Position numbers and translations under genes: made by a program. The notes under the pieces were generated by a model. It saw only the letters and a list, made by a program, of their open reading frames with translations. It had not been told where the DNA came from and did not search any database. 59,125 nt of DNA from Eubacteriales bacterium (GTDB lineage Bacteria > Bacillota > Clostridia > Oscillospirales > CAG-272). Position 1 is the first letter of the stretch, and every line of letters begins with the position of its first letter. The DNA lies in the NCBI GenBank assembly GCA_045588715.1, contig JAZNEQ010000168.1:1-59125 (forward strand), in the 5' to 3' direction. This document shows, piece after piece, positions 27,988 through 36,868 of the stretch.

Positions 27988-30240
27988 ATGTGTATGTTTA
28001 AAAATCGTCCATTATCTCTCGCCTTTCTTTGCTTTGCCATTGTCAGCGTGCTTTGCTTTGGATTGGCTTTTCTTCCTTCTTTTCTTTTTTCCATCCTTTT
28101 GCTTTCCGCTTCGGCGGTTACGCTTGTTTTTTATATTTTTCGAAAGCGAAGACGCCTGTTTTTGATCTTTATTTGTCTGCTGGCTTCCTTTATCTCCGCA
28201 TTTTCCTCAGCCTTCCTTTTTCATGCCCCGCGCGAAAGACTTTCAAAAAACCTTGGGGAGGCGGTCGTGCTGGAGGGATACGTAGTAAAAAAGGTTTTGC
28301 AAAATGAGGAGAGGAGTGTATATGACGTTCGTCTTGAGCGGATAAACGATGAAAGATCCAATGACAGTGTACGGATAAAATGCAGTTATTCTACTTCGCT
28401 TGAGATTGGGGAACGGTTTCGGATTTCAGTAATGGGGAGCGAGTTTTCTGTTCACCAAGACTACGACGAGGGCGCATTGGCTGTTTGTGACGGTATATTT
28501 GCAGTTTTTGCAAGTGACAAGGAGGAGGATCTTACCACCGATCTAGGCTTTTCAACCTCTGTTTTTGTTTTCTTTTCGCGCGCCCGCACGTTTCTTTCTG
28601 ATTTTTTACAACAATGCGTAGGCGGGGAAGAAGGAAGGCTTGCAACGGCGCTCCTTTTGGGGGATCGAAGCACACTTTCCGACCCCGTGGTGCTTGCGTT
28701 TCGACGGTGCGGAATTTCACATCTTCTGGCGCTCAGCGGACTTCACGTTTCCATTTTGATCGCTTTTTTGAGCTTTGTACTCAATAAGATTTCCGTTGCG
28801 CGGTGGATACGAACGCTTCTTGTGATCGTACTCTCGTTTTCTTATTTGCTTTTAACAGGCTGTTCTCCCTCTACTGTGCGTGCCGTGTTGATGGTAAGTG
28901 TTCTTTCTGTGGCATTTTTGGCGCGCGGTGAATACGATTCTCTTACGTCTCTCTTGGGCGCTCTTTTTCTCATTCTTCTGATAACTCCTTATGCCGCAGG
29001 GGATCTTGGAATGTGGATGTCCTTTTTGGCGGCGGGGAGCATTATCGTCTTTTTCCCACCCTTGAATGCGGCATGGACAACTCTTTCTTCAAAGTGGAAT
29101 CTCTCATCGAGGCTGATCAAATTGCTTTCCTCTCTCGTTCTTTCTTTTCTTGTGGGAGCGGTTGCAAATCTTGGACTTTTGCTTGTTCAAGCAATGGCGT
29201 TTGGGGAGATATCGCTCCTTTCCATTCCCGCAACGATGATTTTGTCTCCACTGTTGTCCGCAGTGCTGGTTTTGTCGATCTTTTGCTGCTTTGGGCTTCC
29301 GGTTGGTTTTTTCTGTCGTACGATCGCATCCTTTATGCTTGCGGTTGCCAATCAAATGTCCGGGATACCGAAAGTACTGCTGCCCTTGGACGATCCGCTC
29401 TCTTTTGGTTTGGTAATAGCGGTAACGCTTCTTTTGTTGGCGATCCTTATTTTTAAACTTCGACACGTATGTATTTGGATACTGGTAACCTTGTCGTTGT
29501 CTCTTCTTTTGATTCCATCCTCGTTTCTTTTTACCTCTGCTTTTCATGGAGAACTTAAGGCGGCCTACCTTTCGGAGGGAGGCGGAGAGGCAATTGTTTT
29601 TTCAAGGGAGGGAGAATGTGTTGTTTTCGCGCTTTCTGAAAAAGCAGGAAATACGGCATATCAAATTATAGATAAAACGCGAGAGGAACGATGTACGGAA
29701 ATTGATGCTTTGGTTTTTTCAACGTATAGCAATTCTTACAAAGCCTATCTCCAAACGATTGTCTCCAACATAAAGGTACATAAGATCGTTCTTCCCGAGC
29801 CTACCGTCAAAGAGGAAAATTATATCCTTGAAGCACTTTCACAAATAGCGTCAGATTTTGGGATTCCCGTTTCTTACAACCCTAAAGAAGATCTTTTTGA
29901 CGAGCTTTCTATCCGTTTATTTATTCATGGGCGAGAGAAAAACGAAAATGCAGACTTCACTTTGATCGTATGGAGTGATGGGGAACGCCGTCTTGCCTAC
30001 ACAAATGTCGCTTTTCTCGGTTCTCGAAAATATAAGCAATATCTAAAAGATGTAAAAAGTGCAGATGCCGTGATCGTTGGAGCTGACGGCTACGTATCGT
30101 CCGATCCCCCAAAGCTTCGTATGCAAAACATGGATGCCCGGCTTGTGATCTTTGCTGGGCGCGATATGGAGTCTATGGTTCGAAAAAACCTAAAAAGGAT
30201 CCCTCTCGTTTTTGGAAACGCCGAGTATACTTTTGATTAA
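27988..30240 (+). CDS. ComEC/Rec2-like membrane protein with a degenerate C-terminal metallo-beta-lactamase-like domain
   Basis: DUF4131-like N-terminus and a competence domain (ATALLLGDRS...GISHLLALSGLHVSIL). The C-terminal domain lacks the HxHxDH motif (see findings). No clear RBS, so the start is uncertain. Confidence 0.8.
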   Translation: MCMFKNRPLSLAFLCFAIVSVLCFGLAFLPSFLFSILLLSASAVTLVFYIFRKRRRLFLIFICLLASFISAFSSAFLFHAPRERLSKNLGEAVVLEGYVVKKVLQNEERSVYDVRLERINDERSNDSVRIKCSYSTSLEIGERFRISVMGSEFSVHQDYDEGALAVCDGIFAVFASDKEEDLTTDLGFSTSVFVFFSRARTFLSDFLQQCVGGEEGRLATALLLGDRSTLSDPVVLAFRRCGISHLLALSGLHVSILIAFLSFVLNKISVARWIRTLLVIVLSFSYLLLTGCSPSTVRAVLMVSVLSVAFLARGEYDSLTSLLGALFLILLITPYAAGDLGMWMSFLAAGSIIVFFPPLNAAWTTLSSKWNLSSRLIKLLSSLVLSFLVGAVANLGLLLVQAMAFGEISLLSIPATMILSPLLSAVLVLSIFCCFGLPVGFFCRTIASFMLAVANQMSGIPKVLLPLDDPLSFGLVIAVTLLLLAILIFKLRHVCIWILVTLSLSLLLIPSSFLFTSAFHGELKAAYLSEGGGEAIVFSREGECVVFALSEKAGNTAYQIIDKTREERCTEIDALVFSTYSNSYKAYLQTIVSNIKVHKIVLPEPTVKEENYILEALSQIASDFGIPVSYNPKEDLFDELSIRLFIHGREKNENADFTLIVWSDGERRLAYTNVAFLGSRKYKQYLKDVKSADAVIVGADGYVSSDPPKLRMQNMDARLVIFAGRDMESMVRKNLKRIPLVFGNAEYTFD

Positions 30241-30330
30241 AAGCTTTTTTTCGTGTGTCGAAAAGAGGCTTTTTTTCATACTCTGTTATTGATTCGGTTG
30301 TGTTTTATATGGAAGAAAGGTTGGTTTTAT

Positions 30331-31272
30331 ATGAGCGAGAGGGAAGATGTTTTTTGTATCGCGGTTTTGGGTGGCGACAAACGACAGATCTATGCGGCAC
30401 AAAGACTTGCCGATCATGGAATGACGGTGTGCGTATGGGGAAACGGAAGAGGAAGCGACTTTTGTCGCGACGTACGTGTCTGTACTGAGTGGAGCGAGGC
30501 GATCGGGAGTGCGCAGTACCTTGTTTTGCCCTTGCCTTCGACATTAGACGGCGTGCATCTTCACAGCCCGCTGTCAAGTGGGGGCATTGAGCTTCGCTTG
30601 GATACCCTTTTTGATGCCGCAGAGGGGAAAACGATTTTGGGAGGGCGACTTTCCGAAATTTTTGTAAAGCAGGCTGAAAAGCGGAATATTCGATGCATTG
30701 ATTATTTCACCTCTGAAATTTTACAACGAAGGAACGCCTTACCAACCGCAGAGGGAGCGATAGAGATCGCGATGAAAAGCTTGCCCGTGACGGTTGCCGG
30801 AAGTAAAATGGCGGTGATCGGATATGGAAGGATCGGAGAGCTGCTCTCTTATAAGCTTCATCTTTTGGGGGCTGAGGTCACCGTTTATGCAAGACGCGAG
30901 GAATCCTTGACACGTGCACGGCAGTTTGGGTGTAAAACGGAAAAGCTTGGGGAAGATGGTGGCGAGGAGTGCCTTTGCCGTATGGATCCCGGTACCCGTG
31001 TGATCTTTCACACGGTCCCCGTTTGTCTCTTTACCAAAAACGTTTTAAAAAACATTCCAAAGCGCGCGCTGCACATCGATCTTGCGTCTGCTCCCGGAGG
31101 CATCGACCGTATTGCGGCAGAAGGGTTGGGAATTCAAACGTTGTGGGCAACCTCGCTTCCCGGAAAATACGCACCCGAGACCGCAGGAGAAATCATTGCG
31201 GATACCATAGAAATGATCCTTAAGGAGGAAAAGAAAAAATCCAATAAGGATCACATGGAGGATACGAGGTGA
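30331..31272 (+). CDS. dpaA: Dipicolinate synthase subunit A
   Basis: NALPTAEGAIEIA, a Rossmann motif VIGYGRIG, and DLASAPGGID...LPGKYAPETAG. ATG 30331 (MSERED) is preferred over 30253. Confidence 0.9.
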   Translation: MSEREDVFCIAVLGGDKRQIYAAQRLADHGMTVCVWGNGRGSDFCRDVRVCTEWSEAIGSAQYLVLPLPSTLDGVHLHSPLSSGGIELRLDTLFDAAEGKTILGGRLSEIFVKQAEKRNIRCIDYFTSEILQRRNALPTAEGAIEIAMKSLPVTVAGSKMAVIGYGRIGELLSYKLHLLGAEVTVYARREESLTRARQFGCKTEKLGEDGGEECLCRMDPGTRVIFHTVPVCLFTKNVLKNIPKRALHIDLASAPGGIDRIAAEGLGIQTLWATSLPGKYAPETAGEIIADTIEMILKEEKKKSNKDHMEDTR

Positions 31273-31276
31273 TATT

Positions 31277-31837
31277 ATGTTAGGTTATGCATTTTGCGGT
31301 TCCTTTTGCACGCACGCACACTCACTTGTGGAACTGCAAAATTTAATAGCGGAAGGCTACGAGATACAGCCGATCGTCAGTGAGACGGTGTGGAAGACCG
31401 ACACACGCTTTGGCAGCGCCGAAGCCTTTTGCCGAGAGATCGAAAAAATTTGCAGCCGACCGATCATTCACACTTTGGTGGAGGCGGAGCCTTTGGGGCC
31501 GCGTACCTCACTGGAGGCATTGATCATTGCGCCCTGCACAGGGAACACGTTAGCAAAACTTTCCAACGGGATCACGGATACGGCGGTATGTATGGCGGCA
31601 AAAGCTCATTTGCGATGCGACAGACCTCTGATATTGGCATTGGCTTCCAACGATGCGCTGTCTGCGAATTTAAAAAATATAGCAACTCTGCTGACAAGAA
31701 AATGTGTATACTTTGTTCCGATGCACCAGGATGATCCCGAAAAAAAACCGCATTCTCTGGTTGCGGATTTTTCGCTTCTTCGTCATACGCTGCATGCGGC
31801 GATGGAAGGAAGACAATTTAGAAAGCTGTTTTTATAA
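31277..31837 (+). CDS. dpaB: Dipicolinate synthase subunit B (flavoprotein)
   Basis: GSFCT...APCTGNTLAKLSNGITDT. It immediately follows dpaA. Confidence 0.9.
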   Translation: MLGYAFCGSFCTHAHSLVELQNLIAEGYEIQPIVSETVWKTDTRFGSAEAFCREIEKICSRPIIHTLVEAEPLGPRTSLEALIIAPCTGNTLAKLSNGITDTAVCMAAKAHLRCDRPLILALASNDALSANLKNIATLLTRKCVYFVPMHQDDPEKKPHSLVADFSLLRHTLHAAMEGRQFRKLFL

Positions 31838-31838
31838 T

Positions 31839-31876
31839 TTTGAAGGACTGAAGCGTTTATACTTCAGTCCTTCAAA
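31839..31876. terminator. 15-bp hairpin after dpaB (no 3' U-tract)
   Basis: tttgaaggactgaag-cgtttata-cttcagtccttcaaa. Confidence 0.45.
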
Positions 31877-31947
31877 AAAATAAGACTGCCTGTCCTAAAA
31901 TCATACCCTGTCTTGGTTTCTCATATTCTTTTATACGGAAGAGGTGA

Positions 31948-32556
31948 ATGAATATGAGAAGGCGAACTGTTCGGATACGCCCCATGGCGGGGATCTTGCT
32001 TTTTTGGATGCTTCTTAGCGACCGCGCCGGACTTGGACTTGTTACCCTGATGGCCGCTGCGGTGCACGAGGGCGGACACTTAATAGCGGCACGTGGGATG
32101 CATATTCCGCTCTCTCTTCTTCGAATGGATCTGCTGGGGGCGCGCCTTGACGTTTCGGGGAGGGTTCTTTCTTACGGCGAGGAATGGCTTTTGTGTGCGG
32201 CAGGACCTGTCGCAAGTCTTTTATTTGCCGCTGCGGCGGCTCCATTTTGGCGGACGTGTGAATATGCGGCGCTGTTTTCCTGCGCCTCTTTGATCCTTGG
32301 ACTTTTAAATCTTCTTCCTGTGCGCACTTTTGATGGGGGAAGGATGCTGGAAAGCACGTTGCTTTCGTTTTTTGGAGAGCGTGTCGCAAGGCGAGTGATG
32401 CGCGGATGCACCTTTTTGTTTTTGTTTTTGATATGGGCGGGCGCTGTTTACCTTTTGTTACGGGCGGGGGATGGACTTTCTCTTCTTTGCTTTTCAATGA
32501 GTCTTTTAACACGTTTTTTTGAAGGGGATTGCGGAGACGTTTTTCTGACAAAATAG
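31948..32556 (+). CDS. Site-2 (M50) metalloprotease family protein, short SpoIVFB-like form
   Basis: HEGGH (HExxH) in a TM helix and NLLPVRTFDGG. The ATG at 31954 has better RBS spacing than 31948. Confidence 0.75.
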   Translation: MNMRRRTVRIRPMAGILLFWMLLSDRAGLGLVTLMAAAVHEGGHLIAARGMHIPLSLLRMDLLGARLDVSGRVLSYGEEWLLCAAGPVASLLFAAAAAPFWRTCEYAALFSCASLILGLLNLLPVRTFDGGRMLESTLLSFFGERVARRVMRGCTFLFLFLIWAGAVYLLLRAGDGLSLLCFSMSLLTRFFEGDCGDVFLTK

Positions 32557-32623
32557 GAAAAGGGAATTGATTTTTTTGCCTTTGTGTGATAAAATGATCG
32601 GGAAACAAGAAAAGGAGTTTGAG

Positions 32624-33673
32624 ATGGAGATCCTGTTCGTTTTATTATGCCTCTTCTTTTTTACGGCAATTTTGATTTTTATCACCCACCAAATCGTTAA
32701 AAAGCGATTTTACCGTGTGGTATATCCGGATCATGCAACTGCTGAAAAATTTTATTGTGACTATCGGGATCGGTATTCGCGTACCTCCGTTTCGTTTTTC
32801 TCGGGGAAAAACCGTTTGCAAGGATATATCTATCCCGCAACCGATCCCAAGGGGCTTTTGGTCTTTGCGCATGGCATCGGTGCGGGGCATGAAAACTATC
32901 TTCGTGAGCTTCTTTGGATGGTGGATCACGGCTGGACCGTTTTTGCCTACAATGCGACGGGGACCTGGGAGAGCGAGGGGGATGGCACGCGAGGTCTGGT
33001 TCAATCTGCGTTGGATCTTGACGCGGCGCTATCCTATATCGAATCACAAGAGGAATTTTCACACTTACCCGTATGTCTTTTGGGACATAGCTGGGGCGGC
33101 TATGCGGTGACTGCCGGGCTTTGGTTCTCCCACCGCGTCACGGCATCGGTCAGTATTTGCGGATACGCACATCCCTTGGAAATGATGATTGAGTTTGCAA
33201 AGGCTTATATCGGCAAAGGACTTGCCTTGCTTGCTCCCTTCGTTTGGGTAGAGCAAAAGATCACGTTTGGAAAATATGCCTCTCTTTCCGCGCCCGACGG
33301 GATCAATCGCGCGGATATTCCGGTGCTGTTGATCCACGCGTCGGAGGATGAGGTAGTTTCGATCGACGGTGCCTCCATCGTTGCGCATAAGGATGAGATC
33401 AAATCAAAGCACACGCAAATTTTTATAAGCGATGCAAAAGGTCAAGCGGGCCACGGCTCTGTTTTTTATCATAAAGAAAGTGTTCCTTATATCGAGGAGG
33501 TCAACCGTGAATTTGAAAGTGTTTTAAAGGAGCACGGTGGAAAGCCCGCGCGCGCGATCAGAGAAGCGTTTTTTAAAAACGTTGATAAGGAGCGATACAA
33601 CCGTCCAAACGATGAGCTTCTTTCAAAAATCAATGCATTTTTCGAGGATGCGATACAGCACGGAAAAACATAA
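32624..33673 (+). CDS. Membrane-anchored alpha/beta hydrolase
   Basis: N-terminal TM helix, nucleophile elbow GHSWGG, and later Asp/His. ATG 32624 has an AAGGAG RBS. Confidence 0.75.
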   Translation: MEILFVLLCLFFFTAILIFITHQIVKKRFYRVVYPDHATAEKFYCDYRDRYSRTSVSFFSGKNRLQGYIYPATDPKGLLVFAHGIGAGHENYLRELLWMVDHGWTVFAYNATGTWESEGDGTRGLVQSALDLDAALSYIESQEEFSHLPVCLLGHSWGGYAVTAGLWFSHRVTASVSICGYAHPLEMMIEFAKAYIGKGLALLAPFVWVEQKITFGKYASLSAPDGINRADIPVLLIHASEDEVVSIDGASIVAHKDEIKSKHTQIFISDAKGQAGHGSVFYHKESVPYIEEVNREFESVLKEHGGKPARAIREAFFKNVDKERYNRPNDELLSKINAFFEDAIQHGKT

Positions 33674-33923
33674 TTTCGAAAAAATAGAATATGCGCGGTC
33701 GATCTGTAGAAGACGTTTTTTTCTTCTTTTTTTGACCGTGCGTATTTTTTGTTGTTTTTACAAAACGTTGCGAAGTCAAAAAATGAGGATTTTGGAGAAA
33801 TATAGAGGAAAAGAACGCATTCTTGAGAATTTTATATGATATTTCCACTATTTTGTGAATGATGGCGTTTTTTTGTGGAAAATAAAGAAATTTGAATTAT
33901 TTTCAATTATTTTCTCAAACCTA

Positions 33924-33952
33924 TTGCAATTTTGTCATCTATCTGTTACAAT
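33924..33952 (+). promoter_or_regulatory. Sigma-A-type promoter for potABCD
   Basis: TTGCAA, 17 nt, (TGt)TACAAT. It predicts a leader of about 135 nt. Confidence 0.6.
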
Positions 33953-34033
33953 ATATTCCGTAAGTTTATGGTCAGAGTGCCGGAGATACGTTTTTTTCAA
34001 AAAATCAGCCGTTTGAGGATTGCGTTCCGGCAG

Positions 34034-34055
34034 CGGACAGGGTGTCCGTTTTGTT
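34034..34055 (+). promoter_or_regulatory. Short terminator-like hairpin inside the potA leader (possible attenuator)
   Basis: cggaca-ggg-tgtccg followed by TTTTGTT. Confidence 0.35.
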
Positions 34056-34094
34056 CCATGAATATTTTTTTATTTAAAGGAGTATTTATGCGGA

Positions 34095-35222
34095 ATGAAC
34101 AAAAATGTGCTAATTCGGATGAACGGTATTTCAAAGGCGTATGACGGAGAAACCGTTCTCGACCACATTGATCTGGAAATTCACGACAAGGAATTTATAA
34201 CCTTTCTCGGTCCGTCGGGATGCGGTAAAACGACTACGCTTCGCATCATCGGCGGCTTTGAGACTCCCGATGAGGGCGACGTGTTTTTTGACGGCAAGCG
34301 CTTTAACGATGTGCCTCCGTATCAGCGTCAGGTAAACACTGTTTTTCAGCGGTATGCGCTGTTTCCTCACTTAAACGTTTTTGATAACATAGCTTTCGGT
34401 CTCAGGCTTCGTAAATGCCCCGATGCCGAGATCAAGACAAAGGTAAAAGAAATGCTCTCTTTGGTAAATCTCAAGGGCTTTGAAAAACGAAAGGTTGGTA
34501 CGCTTTCGGGCGGACAGCAGCAGCGTGTTGCCATTGCGCGCGCGCTGGTCAATCAACCAAAGGTCCTTCTTTTGGACGAGCCCTTGGCGGCGCTCGATCT
34601 CAAGCTCCGCAAGGATATGCAGAATGAGCTTAAGAATATCCAGCATCAAACGGGCATCACCTTCATCTACGTAACGCACGATCAGGAGGAGGCGCTTTCT
34701 ATGTCGGATACTGTGGTTGTCATGGCGCACGGCCGCATCCAACAGATTGGCACTCCCACCGATATTTATAACGAGCCTATCAATGCCTTTGTTGCCGATT
34801 TTATCGGTGAGTCCAATATTGTTGACGGAATCATGCAAGCAGATTATCGCGTAAAGCTGGCAGGTCACGTCTTTGACTGTGTGGACAGCGGCTTTGATAA
34901 AAACGAGCCCGTTGACGTTGTTATTCGTCCTGAGGACGTTGACGTGGTCGCTCCCGAAAAGGGAATGCTTTGCGGACTTGTTACTGCCGTTACCTTTAAG
35001 GGCGTGCACTATGAGATCATCGTGGACGTAAAGGGCTTTAAATGGATGATCCAAACCACCGACTTTGTAGCAGAGGGGGAGACCATTGGACTTTCCATCG
35101 ATCCCGATGCTTTCCACATTATGAAAAAATCCGAATTTTCGGGTATGTTCGGTGACTATTCCTCCTTCAGTGATGAATTGGAGAAGCTTTCCGACGTAAC
35201 GGAGGAGCTGGAAGAGGAATGA
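34095..35222 (+). CDS. potA: Spermidine/putrescine ABC transporter ATP-binding protein
   Basis: Walker [10 protein letters not shown], signature LSGGQQQR, Walker B LLLDEP, and a PotA-type C-terminal domain. Confidence 0.92.
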   Translation: MNKNVLIRMNGISKAYDGETVLDHIDLEIHDKEFITFLGPSGCGKTTTLRIIGGFETPDEGDVFFDGKRFNDVPPYQRQVNTVFQRYALFPHLNVFDNIAFGLRLRKCPDAEIKTKVKEMLSLVNLKGFEKRKVGTLSGGQQQRVAIARALVNQPKVLLLDEPLAALDLKLRKDMQNELKNIQHQTGITFIYVTHDQEEALSMSDTVVVMAHGRIQQIGTPTDIYNEPINAFVADFIGESNIVDGIMQADYRVKLAGHVFDCVDSGFDKNEPVDVVIRPEDVDVVAPEKGMLCGLVTAVTFKGVHYEIIVDVKGFKWMIQTTDFVAEGETIGLSIDPDAFHIMKKSEFSGMFGDYSSFSDELEKLSDVTEELEEE

Positions 35223-36040
35223 AAAAGAAATCTGTATTCGAGCGAATTTCGGCAGCCCCTTACGTTTTGTGGTCCTTGATGTTTATCATAGGTCCTTTGC
35301 TGTTCGTGCTGTTTTTTGCCTTGACCGATTCCATGGGACATTTTACGTTTGAGAATATTGCGGCGCTTCCTGCCTATTCTCATACTTTTGGAATTTCTCT
35401 GGGCTTTTCTCTCATCGCCACCACCGTATGTCTTTTGATCGGATATCCCTTGGCATACTGTATGTCCCGTATGTCCGACCGTGCGCGCAGTATCCTTACC
35501 ATTCTTTTAATGCTTCCCATGTGGATCAGTCTTTTGATCCGTACCTATTCCTTAATGGCTCTTCTTGATAACGGAGGTCTTGTCAACTCGTTATTGGATC
35601 AGATCGGCGTTGGAAGGATCACCTTTATCGGAACGGAGGGGGCTGTCATTTTAGGTATGATCTATGATTTTCTTCCCTATATGGTGCTTCCGATCTATAC
35701 CTCTATGACAAAGCTTGACAGAAGGTATCTTGAGGCGGCATCGGATCTTGGCTGCAACAGTGTACAAACTCTGTTTAAGGTCATCCTCCCTCTGACCATG
35801 CCGGGCGTTATTTCGGGCGTTACCATGGTGTTTGTGCCCTCCATCAGTACATTCTATATTTCACAAAAGCTGGGCGGCGGTGTGTTCGATCTTTTGGGCG
35901 ACACCATCGAGCGCCAATTCCAGCTTGCCGATACCTATTACGTCGGTGCGGCGATCTCCTTGGTCATGATGATCCTCATCCTGATCTCTCTTGCGATTAT
36001 GAATAAATTTTCGGATGGAGAGGAGGATATCATCGTATGA
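35219..36040 (+). CDS. potB: Spermidine/putrescine ABC transporter permease
   Basis: Six TM segments with the EAA loop [22 protein letters not shown]. Overlaps the potA stop. Confidence 0.9.
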   Translation: MKKKSVFERISAAPYVLWSLMFIIGPLLFVLFFALTDSMGHFTFENIAALPAYSHTFGISLGFSLIATTVCLLIGYPLAYCMSRMSDRARSILTILLMLPMWISLLIRTYSLMALLDNGGLVNSLLDQIGVGRITFIGTEGAVILGMIYDFLPYMVLPIYTSMTKLDRRYLEAASDLGCNSVQTLFKVILPLTMPGVISGVTMVFVPSISTFYISQKLGGGVFDLLGDTIERQFQLADTYYVGAAISLVMMILILISLAIMNKFSDGEEDIIV

Positions 36041-36867
36041 AATTCTTGTCAAGATTTTATATTGCTATCGTTTTTCTGCTCCTCTATGCGCCGATTTTGG
36101 TCGTCATTCTGTTTTCGTTTAACGATTCGGGAAGTCTTAGCAGCTTTAGTGGCTTTTCCGTTAAATGGTATGCGGATCTTTTTCGCAACGACGAGGCGCT
36201 GACCGCGCTGAAAAATTCCTTGCTTTTGGCAGTGTTGTCTTCTTTGCTTGCAACGATCATCGGGACTTTTGCGGCATTCAGTATTTCGCGCTCCAAAAAC
36301 AAGTATTACAAAAGAACCATGGAGACTGTTTCCAATATCCCCATGATGAATCCGGATATCGTTACCGGCGTTTCTATGATGCTTTTGTTCGTCGGTGTTG
36401 CTACGCTTTTGCATACCGGTAGCTACCTTGGCTTTTGGACGATGCTGATCGCACATACGACCTTTAACCTGCCGTATGTGATCCTGTCTGTTCTTCCCAA
36501 ATTCCGCCAAATGGATAAGAGCCTTACCGAGGCTGCGCTGGATCTGGGATGCACGCCTGTTCAAACCTTTTTCAAGGTGGAGCTTCCTTACATAAGCCCC
36601 GGTATTATTTCGGGACTTATGATGAGCTTCACACTTTCCTTGGATGACTTTGTGATCAGCCATTTTGTAAGTTCTCCCGACTTCAAGACCCTGCCTCTGT
36701 ATATTTACACGCAAACGGCACATGAGGTCAAATTCAGTATGTATGCGCTTTGCACTCTTTTGATTTTTGCGATCCTCCTCCTTTTAATTGCCGTAAACGT
36801 AGCGGGGTCGATCGGTGAACGGCGCGCAAGAAAAAAAACGGCAGGCTACACCGGGGGAGGCAAATAA
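36037..36867 (+). CDS. potC: Spermidine/putrescine ABC transporter permease
   Basis: EAA loop LTEAALDLGCTPVQTFFKVELP. Overlaps the potB stop. Confidence 0.9.
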   Translation: MKFLSRFYIAIVFLLLYAPILVVILFSFNDSGSLSSFSGFSVKWYADLFRNDEALTALKNSLLLAVLSSLLATIIGTFAAFSISRSKNKYYKRTMETVSNIPMMNPDIVTGVSMMLLFVGVATLLHTGSYLGFWTMLIAHTTFNLPYVILSVLPKFRQMDKSLTEAALDLGCTPVQTFFKVELPYISPGIISGLMMSFTLSLDDFVISHFVSSPDFKTLPLYIYTQTAHEVKFSMYALCTLLIFAILLLLIAVNVAGSIGERRARKKTAGYTGGGK

Positions 36868-36868
36868 C

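Noticed and set aside
33960-34010. A faint resemblance of the potA leader (UGGUCAGAGUGCCGGAGAUACG) to the ykkC/guanidine-I riboswitch core (UGGUCCGAGAG...ACACGG).
   Set aside because: Only a short partial match exists. The conserved 5' CUAGGGUUCCG element and the 3' GGGA region are not evident, and the gene context (pot) is not typical. It is reported only as an unclassified structured leader.
33932-34144. A 70-aa ORF in the long intergenic region upstream of potA.
   Set aside because: It starts inside the predicted promoter, has no RBS, has implausible composition and overlaps the potA start out of frame.
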